A stretch of 64,000 nucleotides of DNA from Candidatus Multivoradales bacterium (lineage in GTDB: Bacteria; Acidobacteriota; Thermoanaerobaculia; Multivoradales; Multivoraceae), in NCBI GenBank assembly GCA_965223325.1, contig CBDCWI010000002.1, positions 1,408,001 through 1,472,000 on the forward strand, written 5' to 3'. This document shows positions 27,901 through 36,103 of the stretch, piece by piece. Made by a program: the position numbers and the translations under genes. Within the stretch, counting starts at the first letter, position 1. Each line of letters opens with the position of its first letter. Under the pieces are notes generated by a model that was not told the DNA's origin, searched no databases, and worked only from the letters and a program-made list of their open reading frames with translations.

Positions 27901-30900
27901 CGTCGACTGGACGAAGCAGGTGCTGGCCGCCCGGGCACCGGGCTGGCAGTAGTCCTGTGGCCGGTTGATCGAGATGCTCACCCCGCAGGCTGGGCTGGTC
28001 ACGAACTGGACTGTACTGCCGGTACCGCCAGCAACCGGGCCCGGGTTCGAGCCATTCGCCAGCGAGGTGAACTCGACCCGCACCGGGGTGCCGTTGGGAA
28101 CCGACAGTTCGTAGGTACCGTTGGCGGTCGTGGTGGTTGTCGCAACCAGGTTGTTCTGGTTGTTGTAGGCCTTGACCGTCGTACCCGAGAAGAAGCCCTC
28201 GAGCGGATCGAGAAGACCGTTGCCGTTGTAGTCCTGGAACACCAGGCCCTTGATCTTGTTGGCGCTGGTTGTACACGTTGTGTAGACGCCGGCGTCGTAC
28301 TCGGAATCCGACGCGAGGTCTTTGGCCGAGTTCGATGTCAGAGTGAACGTATCGGTCTTGCCAGTGGCATCGGCATCACTGTCCAGGGTGTCGTCGCCAC
28401 CAGCATCCTTGGGACTGAAGGTGAAGCCCATGCCGCTCGGCAGGATGTACTTGAGGTACCAGTCGCCCGGCAGCAGATCACCTTCGAGGTAGGTGCCCAG
28501 AGCCGTGAGACTGGACGCCTTGGTGCTCTCCCTGAAGGTCCAGAAGTTGCCGATCTCCCAGCTGCCATCGAAACGCGTCACGGTCGTGTAGTAGGGCGAG
28601 GAGCCCGCTGGCCGCCACACTTCGACGGTGACACCGGGAATGCCTGGCTCGTTCGCATCCTGGATGCCGTCCTGATCGAGGTCGCGGAAAACGCGATCAC
28701 CGAGGACCGGGCTGACGATCCAACCCATGTCGACGGCGCTGACTGTCGACTCGCCGTCGTGGGTGATGGTCGGACCGAAGACTGAACCGTAGCTGTGTCC
28801 GAACGTCGCGCTACCGATTCCGAAGTCGCTGTCGGCCAGGTCGTCGCCAACGTCCTTCAACGTGTGCCAGCGCATTCCGTTCTGACGAGAATTGACATCC
28901 CAATCGACATCTTCGAAAGTGGCGCTGTTCTTGAAGCTGATCGACGGCGTGTAGTCGCCGGCCGCACTGATGGGAATCTCGTAGCAGCCGGTTGTGAGGT
29001 TGATGGTGCCGCCGGAAGTGCTGAAGGGGAAGGCGGTGACATTGGCCTGGATCTGGGCACCCTTGTCGACAGCGAAGTCTTCCCCAGACTGACGAATACC
29101 GTCGTAGTTCTGGTCTTCCCAGAAGCAACCGCGAATCATCGGCGGTGTGTCGAGACCGAAGTCCGCGTTGGTGAACGCCTGGCCGTCGCCGAGCGTTACC
29201 GCTACGGGATCCGTGGTCGTCTTGGTGGTGCCGGTGGGCAGCAGACCGTCGACGACGTCGACCGTGTAGTTGCCCTGGAAGAGCCCGCTGAAGGTGTAGA
29301 CGCCCGAAGCGTTGCTCATCGTACGCGGGCAATCGGTACCCGGTGTGCATACCCCGTTCTGAAGTTCGACAACGATGCCGCCAAGCACGATGTCACCAGC
29401 ATTGTAGGTGCCACTTGCGTCCACGTCTTCGAAGATCAGGTCACCGATCGAACCCGGGCCGGTGGCCGGCAGGTCGTAACCGAAGTCGGCGTCGTTGTAG
29501 TCCTCATCGACTCCGAGGTTGACGATCAGCGGCTCGTTGCCGGTGGTCAGCGTCGAGCCGGCTGGCAACGTCGTCTCGTCGACGTCCACGCAGTAGGTAC
29601 CCGTGAGGTATCCCTTGAAGTTGTAGAAGCCCGTCGAATCGGTCTGCTGGGTCTCGAGGATCGCACCCGCGCAGGTGGTATCGCGCAGACGGACCGTCAC
29701 CAGAGCAACGCCCGGCTCCGAATCGTCGCTACCGTTGACGTTCAGATCGTCATAGATCCGGTCACCGATGTGGCCTTGCGGACCCTGGTAGCCGAAGTGG
29801 AAGAAGTTGTAGTTGGTCGACGAAGAAACACCGATGCCACCCAGGGGCTCGGCGGTGCCGGTGTAGGTGTAATTCGGCGGTAGTGTCGAATCGTCGACAT
29901 CGATCCAGTAGGTATCGGCGATCAGCCCGTCGAGGGTGTACGTACCGTCGGCCGCCGTGACCGCGGTGCGCTTGATCGGCCCGGTGGCACTCCCGGAGCG
30001 CGCGTAGACCGTGACGCCCTCGAGGCGCCCAGTTTCACCAAAGGCACTGTTGTCACCGTTCTCGTCGTCCCAGAGGTAGCCACCGAGGGAACCGCCGCTG
30101 ATCTGGTAGCCGATGTCGGCGAGATCGTAGTCCTGATGTCCCACGATGGTCACCAGTCGAGGTTCGGTCCCGCCGGTGTGGGTCGCACCACCCGGGAGGG
30201 AGGTCTCGTCAACGTCGACGCAGTAGGTCCCTGCGGCGAGGCCGGTGAAGTCGTAGGCGCCGGCGCCATTGGTGACCTTGGTCTGGACCGTGGCCCCGGC
30301 ACAGCTGCCGCCCTTGAGCCAGACGGTGACACCTGAGACGCCACCCTCACTGTTGTCCAATCCGTTGCCGTCGGCGTCTTCCCAGATCTTGTCGCCGATG
30401 GTGGCGTCGTTCACCTGGTAGCCGACGTCGGCCAGGTTGTAGTCCTGCCCGGCGGAAAGTGAAAGCAACCGCGGTTCGGTCCCACCGGTGTGGGTCGCAC
30501 CAGCTGGCAGCGACGACTCGAGCACGTCGACACAGTAGGTGCCGGCGGCGAGAGTGGTGAAGTCGTAGGCACCGGTCCCGTCGGTGACATCGGTCTTGAT
30601 GACCGAGCCCGAGCAGCCGCCGGAACGCAGCTGGACCGTGACGCCAGAAAGACCGCCTTCGCCGGCGTCCTGGATACCGTCGCCATCGTCGTCGGCCCAG
30701 ATCCGGTCGCCGATCGTGGCGTTGTCGATTCGGTAGCCGACGTCGGCTGTGTTGTAGTCCTGGCGAGCAGTCAGGGTGAGCAGCTTCGGCTCGGTTCCAC
30801 CTGTGTGGGTGGCGCCAGTGGGCAGCGACGACTCGAGGACGTCGACGCAGTAGGTGCCGGCCTGCAGCCCGGTGAAGTCGTAGCTTCCGGTGGCGCCAGT

Positions 30901-33387
30901 GACCTTGGTCTGGACAACCGACCCGGCGCAGCTGCCCGAGCGTAGGTTGACGGTGACGCCAGAGAGGCCGGGCTCGGAGTCGTCCGTGCCGTTGCCGTTC
31001 GAGTCCTGCCAGATGCGGTCGCCGATGGTCGCATCATCGATGCGGTAGCCAACGTCGGCGCCGTTGTAGTCCTGGCCCGAGGTGATAGTGACCAGACGCG
31101 GCTCGGTACCGCCGGTCTTGACAGCCCCGGAGGGCAGAGACGCTTCGAGCACGTCGACACAGTAGGTGCCAGCGACGAGGTTGGTGAAGTCGTAGGTTCC
31201 GACCGCCGAGGTGACCTTGGTCACACTCACCGGGCCAGCACAGGTACCCGACCGCAGTTGCACACTCACACCGGAGATCCCAGGCTCAGAGTCGTCGGTA
31301 CCGTTGCCGTTGGCGTCTTCCCAGATGCGGTCGCCGATCGAGGCCGTACCACCGCCGGTGCCGGTGATCACGATCTTCGCGCGGTTGTAGGTTCCAGAGT
31401 CGCCGGCTGACGCATCACAGATCTCGAGCGTCCAGGTGCCGTTCGAGGTTTCGCCATCGAAGGCGTCGAGGGCGTTGTTGGGTGCGCTCGCGCCGGTGTC
31501 GGGATGCGCCGTCCGCTCATTCTCGTAGTAGGGCGAAGCCACGTTGTCGTCGTCACCGTCGTCGAGCCCGTTCGCACTGTCGGAGTCGACCAACACGTCG
31601 TAGTTCTTGCGGTTGGCTCCGCTTCCCCAGATGAAGTTGGCGGTGGTCGCGTTGGGCGAGGTCAAGCGCATGCGCAGGTCGCCACGGTAGGTGTGGGTGA
31701 CATTGACGCCGACATTGACATCGGTGATGGTCATCGACTCGCTGACCGAGAACGTGCGACTGAGCGACCCGGTCCAACAGGGCGTCGTGACGTTGTCGAT
31801 CGTATTGCTCGTGGTGTCGGTGTTCTCGTAGGTCACGGTGCCACCGCCACCACCGCCGGAGATCTGGTAACCAAAGTCAGCGGAGTTGTAGTCCTGGCCC
31901 GAGGTCAGGTTTACAGTCAGGGGCTCCGTACCGCCAGTGAGAGTCGCACCCGCTGGAAGGGTCGTGTTGTCGACGTCGACACAGTAGGTACCGGGGGTCA
32001 CATTGGTGAAGTCGAAGGCCCCCGTGCTGGTCGTGACCTTGGTCTGCACGGTTGAGCCAGCGCAGGTACCCGACTTCAGCCTTACCGTTACGCTGGCGAT
32101 GCCCGCTTCGCTGTCATCGGTTCCGTTGCCGTTGGCATCGTTCCAAACGCGATCGCCGATGGTGCCGGGCGAAGGAGCGCCGCACGACTGACTCGAGAGA
32201 CGAACACATACGTCGTCGAAGCTGAAGCCGTCGCCACCCGCCACGCTCGTATTGTCGTACTGCCCCCAGCGAATCTGGGTGGTCGAGCTGAAGTCCTCCG
32301 AGAAGCCACTCAAGACGGTCGAGAGATTGAGCCCAGTCTTCTGGTGCCAGGTGTTCGACGTTTGACCCTGCCAGCTGTTGACTGCACGCCAGGTGCCGGT
32401 GTTGTTGCCGCGCACCCAGACCGTGTCGTAGGTGGTGTGGGTCTCGTCGGCGTGGTCGACGAACCAATAGTCGAGAACGACCGTGTCACTGGCGACGGTG
32501 AACGAAGAAAGGTTGAGGGTCAGAATGGTGTAGTTGTCGGCGAGGCCGCTTGAACTATCCATCGTCAGAACACCAGTAGACGAATTGTGTCCGGTGGTGG
32601 CCCGGGTTCTGAGTCGACCTCCGTCTGCAACTCCGTCCTCGTAGGCGAAGTCGGTCGACCCAACCACCGCGCCATCGGCGGTGTAGGTCGCGTTGGTCGT
32701 GTTCTCGAAGTCTTCGGAGAACGGAAGCACAGCGCAACTCGTTGAGCTGAGGCTCAGCGCAAGATCGTCGAAGGCCACACCGTCGGAGGCCCGCGGGAAG
32801 TTGTCGTTCTGACCGAAGCGAATCTCAAAGGTCGAGCTGAAGCTCTGGCCCGCTCCCGTCAGGGCCAAGCTGACGTTCTGCCCGGTGATCTGCTGCCAGG
32901 ACGTCGTCGCGGTCGCCGACCAATCGTAGAGTTGGACCCAGGAGCTGGAACTGCTACCGCGGACCCAGATGCGATCGCCGGTGTGCACCTCGTCGCCGGT
33001 CTCCGCGAACCAGAAGCTCAAATGGACGACATCGCAGGAGGCGTCATAGTTCGACATGTCGACCTGGACGATGCCGTAGTTCTGGGAGTAGTTGCCGTTC
33101 GACGAGTCGGACTCGTCAAACGACAACGACTTCGTCCCGGCATGGACGTATGGGGAGTCGGTCACCAACCGACCGTCGAGTGTCTTCTCGTAGCGCCAGG
33201 CGTGGTCGCTACCGGTCAAGCCCGGAATCGGTGATTGGTTCGCGGTGTAACCACCGGCACCCGATCCGGTCGCGCCTTCGAAGTCCTCGGTCCAGGGCAG
33301 ACTGACCTGTGCCGCGGCCGGGGACGTGAGCGTGAAGATGAGCGCAACAAGGGCGATGCTTACGACAAGAGCTTTGGGCTTGAACAT
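21907..33387 (-). CDS. Giant (~3,826 aa) surface protein: beta-sandwich domains, proprotein-convertase P domain, many SdrD-B/Cna-B repeats, beta-propeller and C25 cysteine peptidase
   Basis: GGAG RBS and signal peptide at ATG 33387; repeats IGDRxWxDxNGxG..EPG..GVTV.L...YxFxxLxxGxYxV...DxGY; HTYRGDL..L.SP...GTWTLEI P domain; C25 motifs VGRIP, NFIGHG, SMTCSVG, YNLLGDP. Confidence 0.88.
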   Translation of the reverse strand: MFKPKALVVSIALVALIFTLTSPAAAQVSLPWTEDFEGATGSGAGGYTANQSPIPGLTGSDHAWRYEKTLDGRLVTDSPYVHAGTKSLSFDESDSSNGNYSQNYGIVQVDMSNYDASCDVVHLSFWFAETGDEVHTGDRIWVRGSSSSSWVQLYDWSATATTSWQQITGQNVSLALTGAGQSFSSTFEIRFGQNDNFPRASDGVAFDDLALSLSSTSCAVLPFSEDFENTTNATYTADGAVVGSTDFAYEDGVADGGRLRTRATTGHNSSTGVLTMDSSSGLADNYTILTLNLSSFTVASDTVVLDYWFVDHADETHTTYDTVWVRGNNTGTWRAVNSWQGQTSNTWHQKTGLNLSTVLSGFSEDFSSTTQIRWGQYDNTSVAGGDGFSFDDVCVRLSSQSCGAPSPGTIGDRVWNDANGNGTDDSEAGIASVTVRLKSGTCAGSTVQTKVTTSTGAFDFTNVTPGTYCVDVDNTTLPAGATLTGGTEPLTVNLTSGQDYNSADFGYQISGGGGGGTVTYENTDTTSNTIDNVTTPCWTGSLSRTFSVSESMTITDVNVGVNVTHTYRGDLRMRLTSPNATTANFIWGSGANRKNYDVLVDSDSANGLDDGDDDNVASPYYENERTAHPDTGASAPNNALDAFDGETSNGTWTLEICDASAGDSGTYNRAKIVITGTGGGTASIGDRIWEDANGNGTDDSEPGISGVSVQLRSGTCAGPVSVTKVTSAVGTYDFTNLVAGTYCVDVLEASLPSGAVKTGGTEPRLVTITSGQDYNGADVGYRIDDATIGDRIWQDSNGNGTDDSEPGLSGVTVNLRSGSCAGSVVQTKVTGATGSYDFTGLQAGTYCVDVLESSLPTGATHTGGTEPKLLTLTARQDYNTADVGYRIDNATIGDRIWADDDGDGIQDAGEGGLSGVTVQLRSGGCSGSVIKTDVTDGTGAYDFTTLAAGTYCVDVLESSLPAGATHTGGTEPRLLSLSAGQDYNLADVGYQVNDATIGDKIWEDADGNGLDNSEGGVSGVTVWLKGGSCAGATVQTKVTNGAGAYDFTGLAAGTYCVDVDETSLPGGATHTGGTEPRLVTIVGHQDYDLADIGYQISGGSLGGYLWDDENGDNSAFGETGRLEGVTVYARSGSATGPIKRTAVTAADGTYTLDGLIADTYWIDVDDSTLPPNYTYTGTAEPLGGIGVSSSTNYNFFHFGYQGPQGHIGDRIYDDLNVNGSDDSEPGVALVTVRLRDTTCAGAILETQQTDSTGFYNFKGYLTGTYCVDVDETTLPAGSTLTTGNEPLIVNLGVDEDYNDADFGYDLPATGPGSIGDLIFEDVDASGTYNAGDIVLGGIVVELQNGVCTPGTDCPRTMSNASGVYTFSGLFQGNYTVDVVDGLLPTGTTKTTTDPVAVTLGDGQAFTNADFGLDTPPMIRGCFWEDQNYDGIRQSGEDFAVDKGAQIQANVTAFPFSTSGGTINLTTGCYEIPISAAGDYTPSISFKNSATFEDVDWDVNSRQNGMRWHTLKDVGDDLADSDFGIGSATFGHSYGSVFGPTITHDGESTVSAVDMGWIVSPVLGDRVFRDLDQDGIQDANEPGIPGVTVEVWRPAGSSPYYTTVTRFDGSWEIGNFWTFRESTKASSLTALGTYLEGDLLPGDWYLKYILPSGMGFTFSPKDAGGDDTLDSDADATGKTDTFTLTSNSAKDLASDSEYDAGVYTTCTTSANKIKGLVFQDYNGNGLLDPLEGFFSGTTVKAYNNQNNLVATTTTTANGTYELSVPNGTPVRVEFTSLANGSNPGPVAGGTGSTVQFVTSPACGVSISINRPQDYCQPGARAASTCFVQSTGDQSLAAVLDFPWDASDQDPPWFQGASHNYPASAAQVGSLYGLAYHRSSQQLFAGATASATTSLPPDGLGAIYSIDYSTDPETVTLFIDLAAAMLSEHSISDYSGTITDPPPLLDPKIGKVGLGDIELSKDEQTLWAINVADSYRELVELPLGAGGTAPAASAILRHAIPLDQGDCVNDGDIRPWGLGFNHSDATDDNVYVGVVCSAESTATAANLKAYVYTFNPTTDTFTQVLNVPLTYLHRDFNSNAFVPWGFMSRSPEPMVADIEFDQGDMVIGIRSRSGDFKHEDVTASGDILRACKVGATWTIENNGSCGGRTTLGANNTQGIGGGEYYFADDSAAFRGESALGGLASRPGFPEIIASTKDGHYAFFNGFSWFTADGAKTRQYDVISGHGDVYGKTNGLGDVEILCDAPSIEIGNRVWADIDEDGIQDAGEAPLSGVDLELLDGSCAVVASATTNAAGEFYFIGSTDPRAPHSMGDASVGQVSGSIAYNSTYYIRVKDSNFTSGNALAGYQATVAGQGSDLHDSEASSVSCGTRAATTFVGAVVNTGGAGVNMHSLDLGFGDNPVVGSIGDTVWFDANRDGTEQGSEEGIADVTVRLYVDDGDGSFEPGGDDTLLSTMTTDSNGFYAFGSLLAGSYWVDPVESSLPSGFSATTGTPAQALVNLPSGENLMNADFGYAPATGVALGDFIWHDDNANGLQDKGEAGIKGVDVTVTGPGSYSQTATTKANGFYLVTGITQTGTYTATVDTSDLPAGIGTTPTNQPSAAEGFYVDLSADVLLADYGFTGGATGGIGDRVWHDVDGDGVQDAGEPGIKNVTVNLTDSNGDLVATTTTGGGGIYGFTGLVAGDYRVEVTDLSGILSGLNLTTASNPTALIALAAGAEYTDADFGYSSPGLGTVGNFVWHDVDGDGVYDVGEQGLERVWLGLWKDENANGTYQAGIDSLQQQQKTDRDGGYLFKNVPFGTYFVIVHDTEDVTDQFGMTSGATGQDNNSQASPYPVTITSSRTPAVLTADFGFTASVTSYSLSGTVWFDGDADGNREPPAESGVGNVTVELYRDLDGDGVLDPTDPMFGTQTSKATTPNLGSYQFTGLPNGTDWIVVVDTSGSFLDGAIQTTQLATASVEPVSISGANSPNHDFGYSRPSTDALVSEFETKRGPRGVQVEFQTASEVGTVGYWLYRSNGDAFEKANDRMIPAVVGAGQGSTYRLPDAGAEAGVEYEYWVLEIEMSGVEQWHGPYMATAEDVAAEPVDRVERSVRSSAVHEARVDGLDRNLRQRAGLAAGAGAVGDRARVEVTAEGVYRVSVADIAAVTAATSESVQAGIATGDLRIVSNGEDVAWWPLDVSFGVASAVGFYAPAPSSHFANYDVYFVELAAGSKAPTSSAVPAGGASSNPVGASAVFEDDVFYATAALRDDTVDFWYWKPIVAGNPTAGTQTVGFELDGAAGSGMATVSLEVYSATKAADNPDHGLEVLLNDVSIGQVDWDGDGPRTHQLTFEGSLLQASNTLELVGVLHPGVAQSVVYLDKFTVDYLRNPAAESNQLSLVAESGGNHEVSGFSSAAVQALDVSDPRMAVRLSGGAVDEQAGSTTYSWNAAAGASYFLYGSEAVTNLTPTASRRPTMVEAEYLVFAPPELASGAQELANYRALDGLSTSVVDLLDVWDEYGDGQRKGSAVGAYLAEAWNSWSTKPVYAVIVGKGTLDFKGVQEANTNLAPPEMVATPQGLFASDAGLGDVVGDDGVPEVIVGRIPAVSEVELMDFISKMAGFESTRAPNVDRVLLVADNDDEAGDFDGDAEEVAALLDGYKLDKAYFTPGAEATIRATIKTAIENGVWMVNFIGHGGLDRFAAEGLLTTADVATLGPQARLPIVSSMTCSVGRFELPGYTSLGEALVADEDGGAVAVWAPSGLSINDGAHELNKAFVTALRERETLGEAMRDAMAGYEGSDIDFPHMLEIYNLLGDPALRVGGLPMEDTSLFGDDFESSSTSAWSRVVGE

Positions 33388-33655
33388 TTCATATCTCCGA
33401 GACCCTCCCGACGACTCGCGTCGGAGAACGGGCACTTCAGAACTTCCACGACCGGCAGTTGGTCGCTGGAATGAGAATCAGGGCGAGGCAAGAAAGAAGC
33501 TGACGAAACAAGAACGTGATCCTGGTTGAGAGAAAAGCGATGACGGCCCTGGGCGGATAGACAGTAGTTATGCGCATGATCCGATTTATCTGAGCCCGTC
33601 AAAACCGCACTCCACCTCGTCTTACACGAGTCTCGGGAGTTTTCGGCCAATTCAT

Positions 33656-33683
33656 AGAATATCATCTGATCCAAGAAAATCAA
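33656..33683 (-). promoter_or_regulatory. Candidate sigma70-type promoter for the giant gene
   Basis: TTGATT-16 nt-TATTCT with a TGn extension, in an AT-rich intergenic stretch. Confidence 0.35.
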
Positions 33684-33860
33684 CCCTTGTCCTGTTTTGT
33701 CGACCTCTCGACGACCTACCGATCGGTGTCCGACGCCTCTGGCAAGTGACGACAAACCGCCTGTTTTGAGCGGTTTACGCCGATGGAGCCCTGGTCGAGA
33801 CGGCAACTGGTCGACCGATCGATTTCTCATCCATCCCTGGGATGAATCGCCTTCCAGGCT

Positions 33861-34784
33861 TCAGGTGGATCGGGGCTCAGGATCGGTGGCGGTGCTCTGG
33901 GAGACGCGTCGTGCGACACGCACCGTCTCCATATGAACAGCGACGGTCTCCTCGACCGGCCGGGCGTAGCCACCAGCCATCACAGTGACCACCGGGACGC
34001 CTCGTTCCCGGAGGGCGCGGACGACCAGATCATCGCGGGCTGACAGACCAGCCGCACTCAACGCAAGTCGACCGAGGGTGTCGCACCACAGTGGGTCGGC
34101 ACCGGCGAGATAGATCGCCAGATCGAACGGCTCACAGAGGATCGCCTCGAGGCTCGCTGCGAGAGCTGCCAGGTAGGGCTCGTCGCCCACCCCGTCAGCC
34201 AGCCCAACGTCTAAATCGGAACGTTGCTTGCGGAAGGGATAGTTCTTCTCGCCGTGGATCGAGAAGGTGAAAACGGTCGGATCTTCTTCGAAGATCTGTG
34301 CCGTCCCGTCGCCCTGGTGCACGTCGCAGTCGATCACCACCGCGCGCTCGATCAAACCCGTCGCCTGGAGGTCTCGGATGGCAACTGCCGCGTCATTCCA
34401 CACGCAGAAGCCACCTCCGCGATCGGAGAAAGCATGATGCGTACCGCCCGCCAGATTGGCCACCACTCCATGAGTCAACGCATCGCGCGCCGCCACCAAC
34501 GTCGCGCCAACCGAACGGCGACTGCGCTCGACGAGTTCGGGTGACCAAGGAAAGCCAATCGCGCGAGCTGCTTTCCGGTCAAGTCCGCCACTCTTGACGG
34601 CCTCGACATAGTCCCGCGTGTGAACGCGCAGTAGCTGCTCGTCGCTGGCGGCTGCGGGTACCAGAAGCTCGGAGGCGAGGCGTCTTGCGGCAACCCCGTC
34701 ACGGACTGCGCGGTACTTCGCCATCGGGAACCGATGTCCCGGCGGAAGAGGCAGTTCGAAGGTGTCCGAGTAGTAGGCGCGCAT
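33861..34784 (-). CDS. Histone deacetylase-family (Zn-dependent) deacylase
   Basis: HRFPMAKY, GGTHHA, GFCVWND, DCDVHQGDGT, AGADP..D.LG, GGY. Confidence 0.92.
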   Translation of the reverse strand: MRAYYSDTFELPLPPGHRFPMAKYRAVRDGVAARRLASELLVPAAASDEQLLRVHTRDYVEAVKSGGLDRKAARAIGFPWSPELVERSRRSVGATLVAARDALTHGVVANLAGGTHHAFSDRGGGFCVWNDAAVAIRDLQATGLIERAVVIDCDVHQGDGTAQIFEEDPTVFTFSIHGEKNYPFRKQRSDLDVGLADGVGDEPYLAALAASLEAILCEPFDLAIYLAGADPLWCDTLGRLALSAAGLSARDDLVVRALRERGVPVVTVMAGGYARPVEETVAVHMETVRVARRVSQSTATDPEPRST

Positions 34785-34806
34785 CGCGCACCCACTTTAG
34801 CCAGAC

Positions 34807-36024
34807 TCAGCCGGCGTGCCCCAGGCGACTGGTGATGGCCAGGCGACGCGCCTGGCCGACCGCGTTGCGCCCACCCTTCTTGGCTTCGTAGAGCGCTTCG
34901 TCGGCCAACTTGAGCATCGTGTCGGCGTCGCGGCCGTTCTCGGGGAAGGTCGCGATGCCGCCCGACATCGACACGATTCCAAGTGGCTGCTTCTCGCGAT
35001 GGGGGAACGGATGCGCCGCAATGATGCTTCGCACCTTCTCGGCCACTACCCGAGCTCCCTCGGCGTCGGTCTCGGGCAAGACGAGCAGGAACTCCTCACC
35101 GCCGAAACGACCAAGGCGATCGTAGTCGCGGGTTGACGAGTCGACCAGCCGCGCCAGGTCACGCAGCAGATCGTCACCGGCCATGTGGCCGTTGGTGTCG
35201 TTGTAGTTCTTGAAGTTGTCGAGGTCGAAGAGGAGTACCGAGGAGCGGTGTCCCTTCTTACGGGCGCGATTGATCTCGCGCTCGAGGAAATCCCTGATCG
35301 AGGCTTTGTTGTCGACCTGTGTCAACTTGTCGAGCTGGGCTGAACGGCGGACCTCCTTGAACTGCGCGGCATTGTGGTACGTCAGGGCACCCATCTGAGC
35401 GATCAAGCCGAGCACCTCACGCGACGCCGAGGGCGTCCGCCGTGGGTTGCTCACGCACAAGACCCCATGGCACTCGTCGTTGAAGATCATCGGCGCCGCG
35501 ATGCTCATGACGAAGCCGGGAAGAGACTGGCGCTTGCCAACGATCGAGGTGCGTGACGTCGCCTGAAGGAGATCTTCGCGTGTCATGACCCGCTTGGCAC
35601 GCAGCAACAGACCGAGCTCGCCTTCGTGCGCCGGGAAGTCCATACCGACGATCTTCGAGGTTCCGGGGTGAACGGCGACGGCGCGCATGCGGCGCAGCCG
35701 GTCGCCCTCCTTGCGCAACAGAACGACAGCACCCGAAGGCTCGAAGGTCTTGACGATGACCGCCAACAGCACCTGCGGAATGTTTCGCGACGAAGACAGA
35801 CTGTCGAGCTGCTTCGAGAGGGTCAGGAACTCCTGAATGAACTGAGTCTGAACCTGGAGATCATGATGAGCGGTTGCCAGCTGGCGCTTCGCCTTACCGA
35901 AGTTCTCCTCCGAGATCACCAACGAACGCCGCGCATGCGACCGTGACTGCACGACAGCGAACAGGCAGGTCGCCAGAACGACGGCCAAGGCAACCGCCGC
36001 GATCAACAGAATCCATTGGGTCAT
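34807..36024 (-). CDS. Membrane-anchored GAF-GGDEF diguanylate cyclase
   Basis: N-terminal TM; DKLT, DLDNFKNYNDTNGHMAGD, RxxD I-site (RDYD), RFGGEEF, ADEALYEAK. Confidence 0.92.
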   Translation of the reverse strand: MTQWILLIAAVALAVVLATCLFAVVQSRSHARRSLVISEENFGKAKRQLATAHHDLQVQTQFIQEFLTLSKQLDSLSSSRNIPQVLLAVIVKTFEPSGAVVLLRKEGDRLRRMRAVAVHPGTSKIVGMDFPAHEGELGLLLRAKRVMTREDLLQATSRTSIVGKRQSLPGFVMSIAAPMIFNDECHGVLCVSNPRRTPSASREVLGLIAQMGALTYHNAAQFKEVRRSAQLDKLTQVDNKASIRDFLEREINRARKKGHRSSVLLFDLDNFKNYNDTNGHMAGDDLLRDLARLVDSSTRDYDRLGRFGGEEFLLVLPETDAEGARVVAEKVRSIIAAHPFPHREKQPLGIVSMSGGIATFPENGRDADTMLKLADEALYEAKKGGRNAVGQARRLAITSRLGHAG

Positions 36025-36103
36025 GAGGGCTCAGGGGTAGCAAGGCAGGGGTGCCCGCCGTTTCCGAGGTAGAACAACCTCGGGGAAAACTCCAAAAACT
36101 ATT

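Noticed and set aside
22042-32055. Long antisense ORFs inside the giant gene (e.g. 22042-23217, 25495-26844, 28795-29883) and similar ones elsewhere
   Set aside because: Typical shadow ORFs of high-GC coding DNA, with no motifs or RBS.
21907-33387. Diversity-generating retroelement, or T9SS/T1SS cargo
   Set aside because: No RT or adenine-specific TR/VR pair, no T9SS CTD and no RTX nonapeptides; the protein has a Sec signal.
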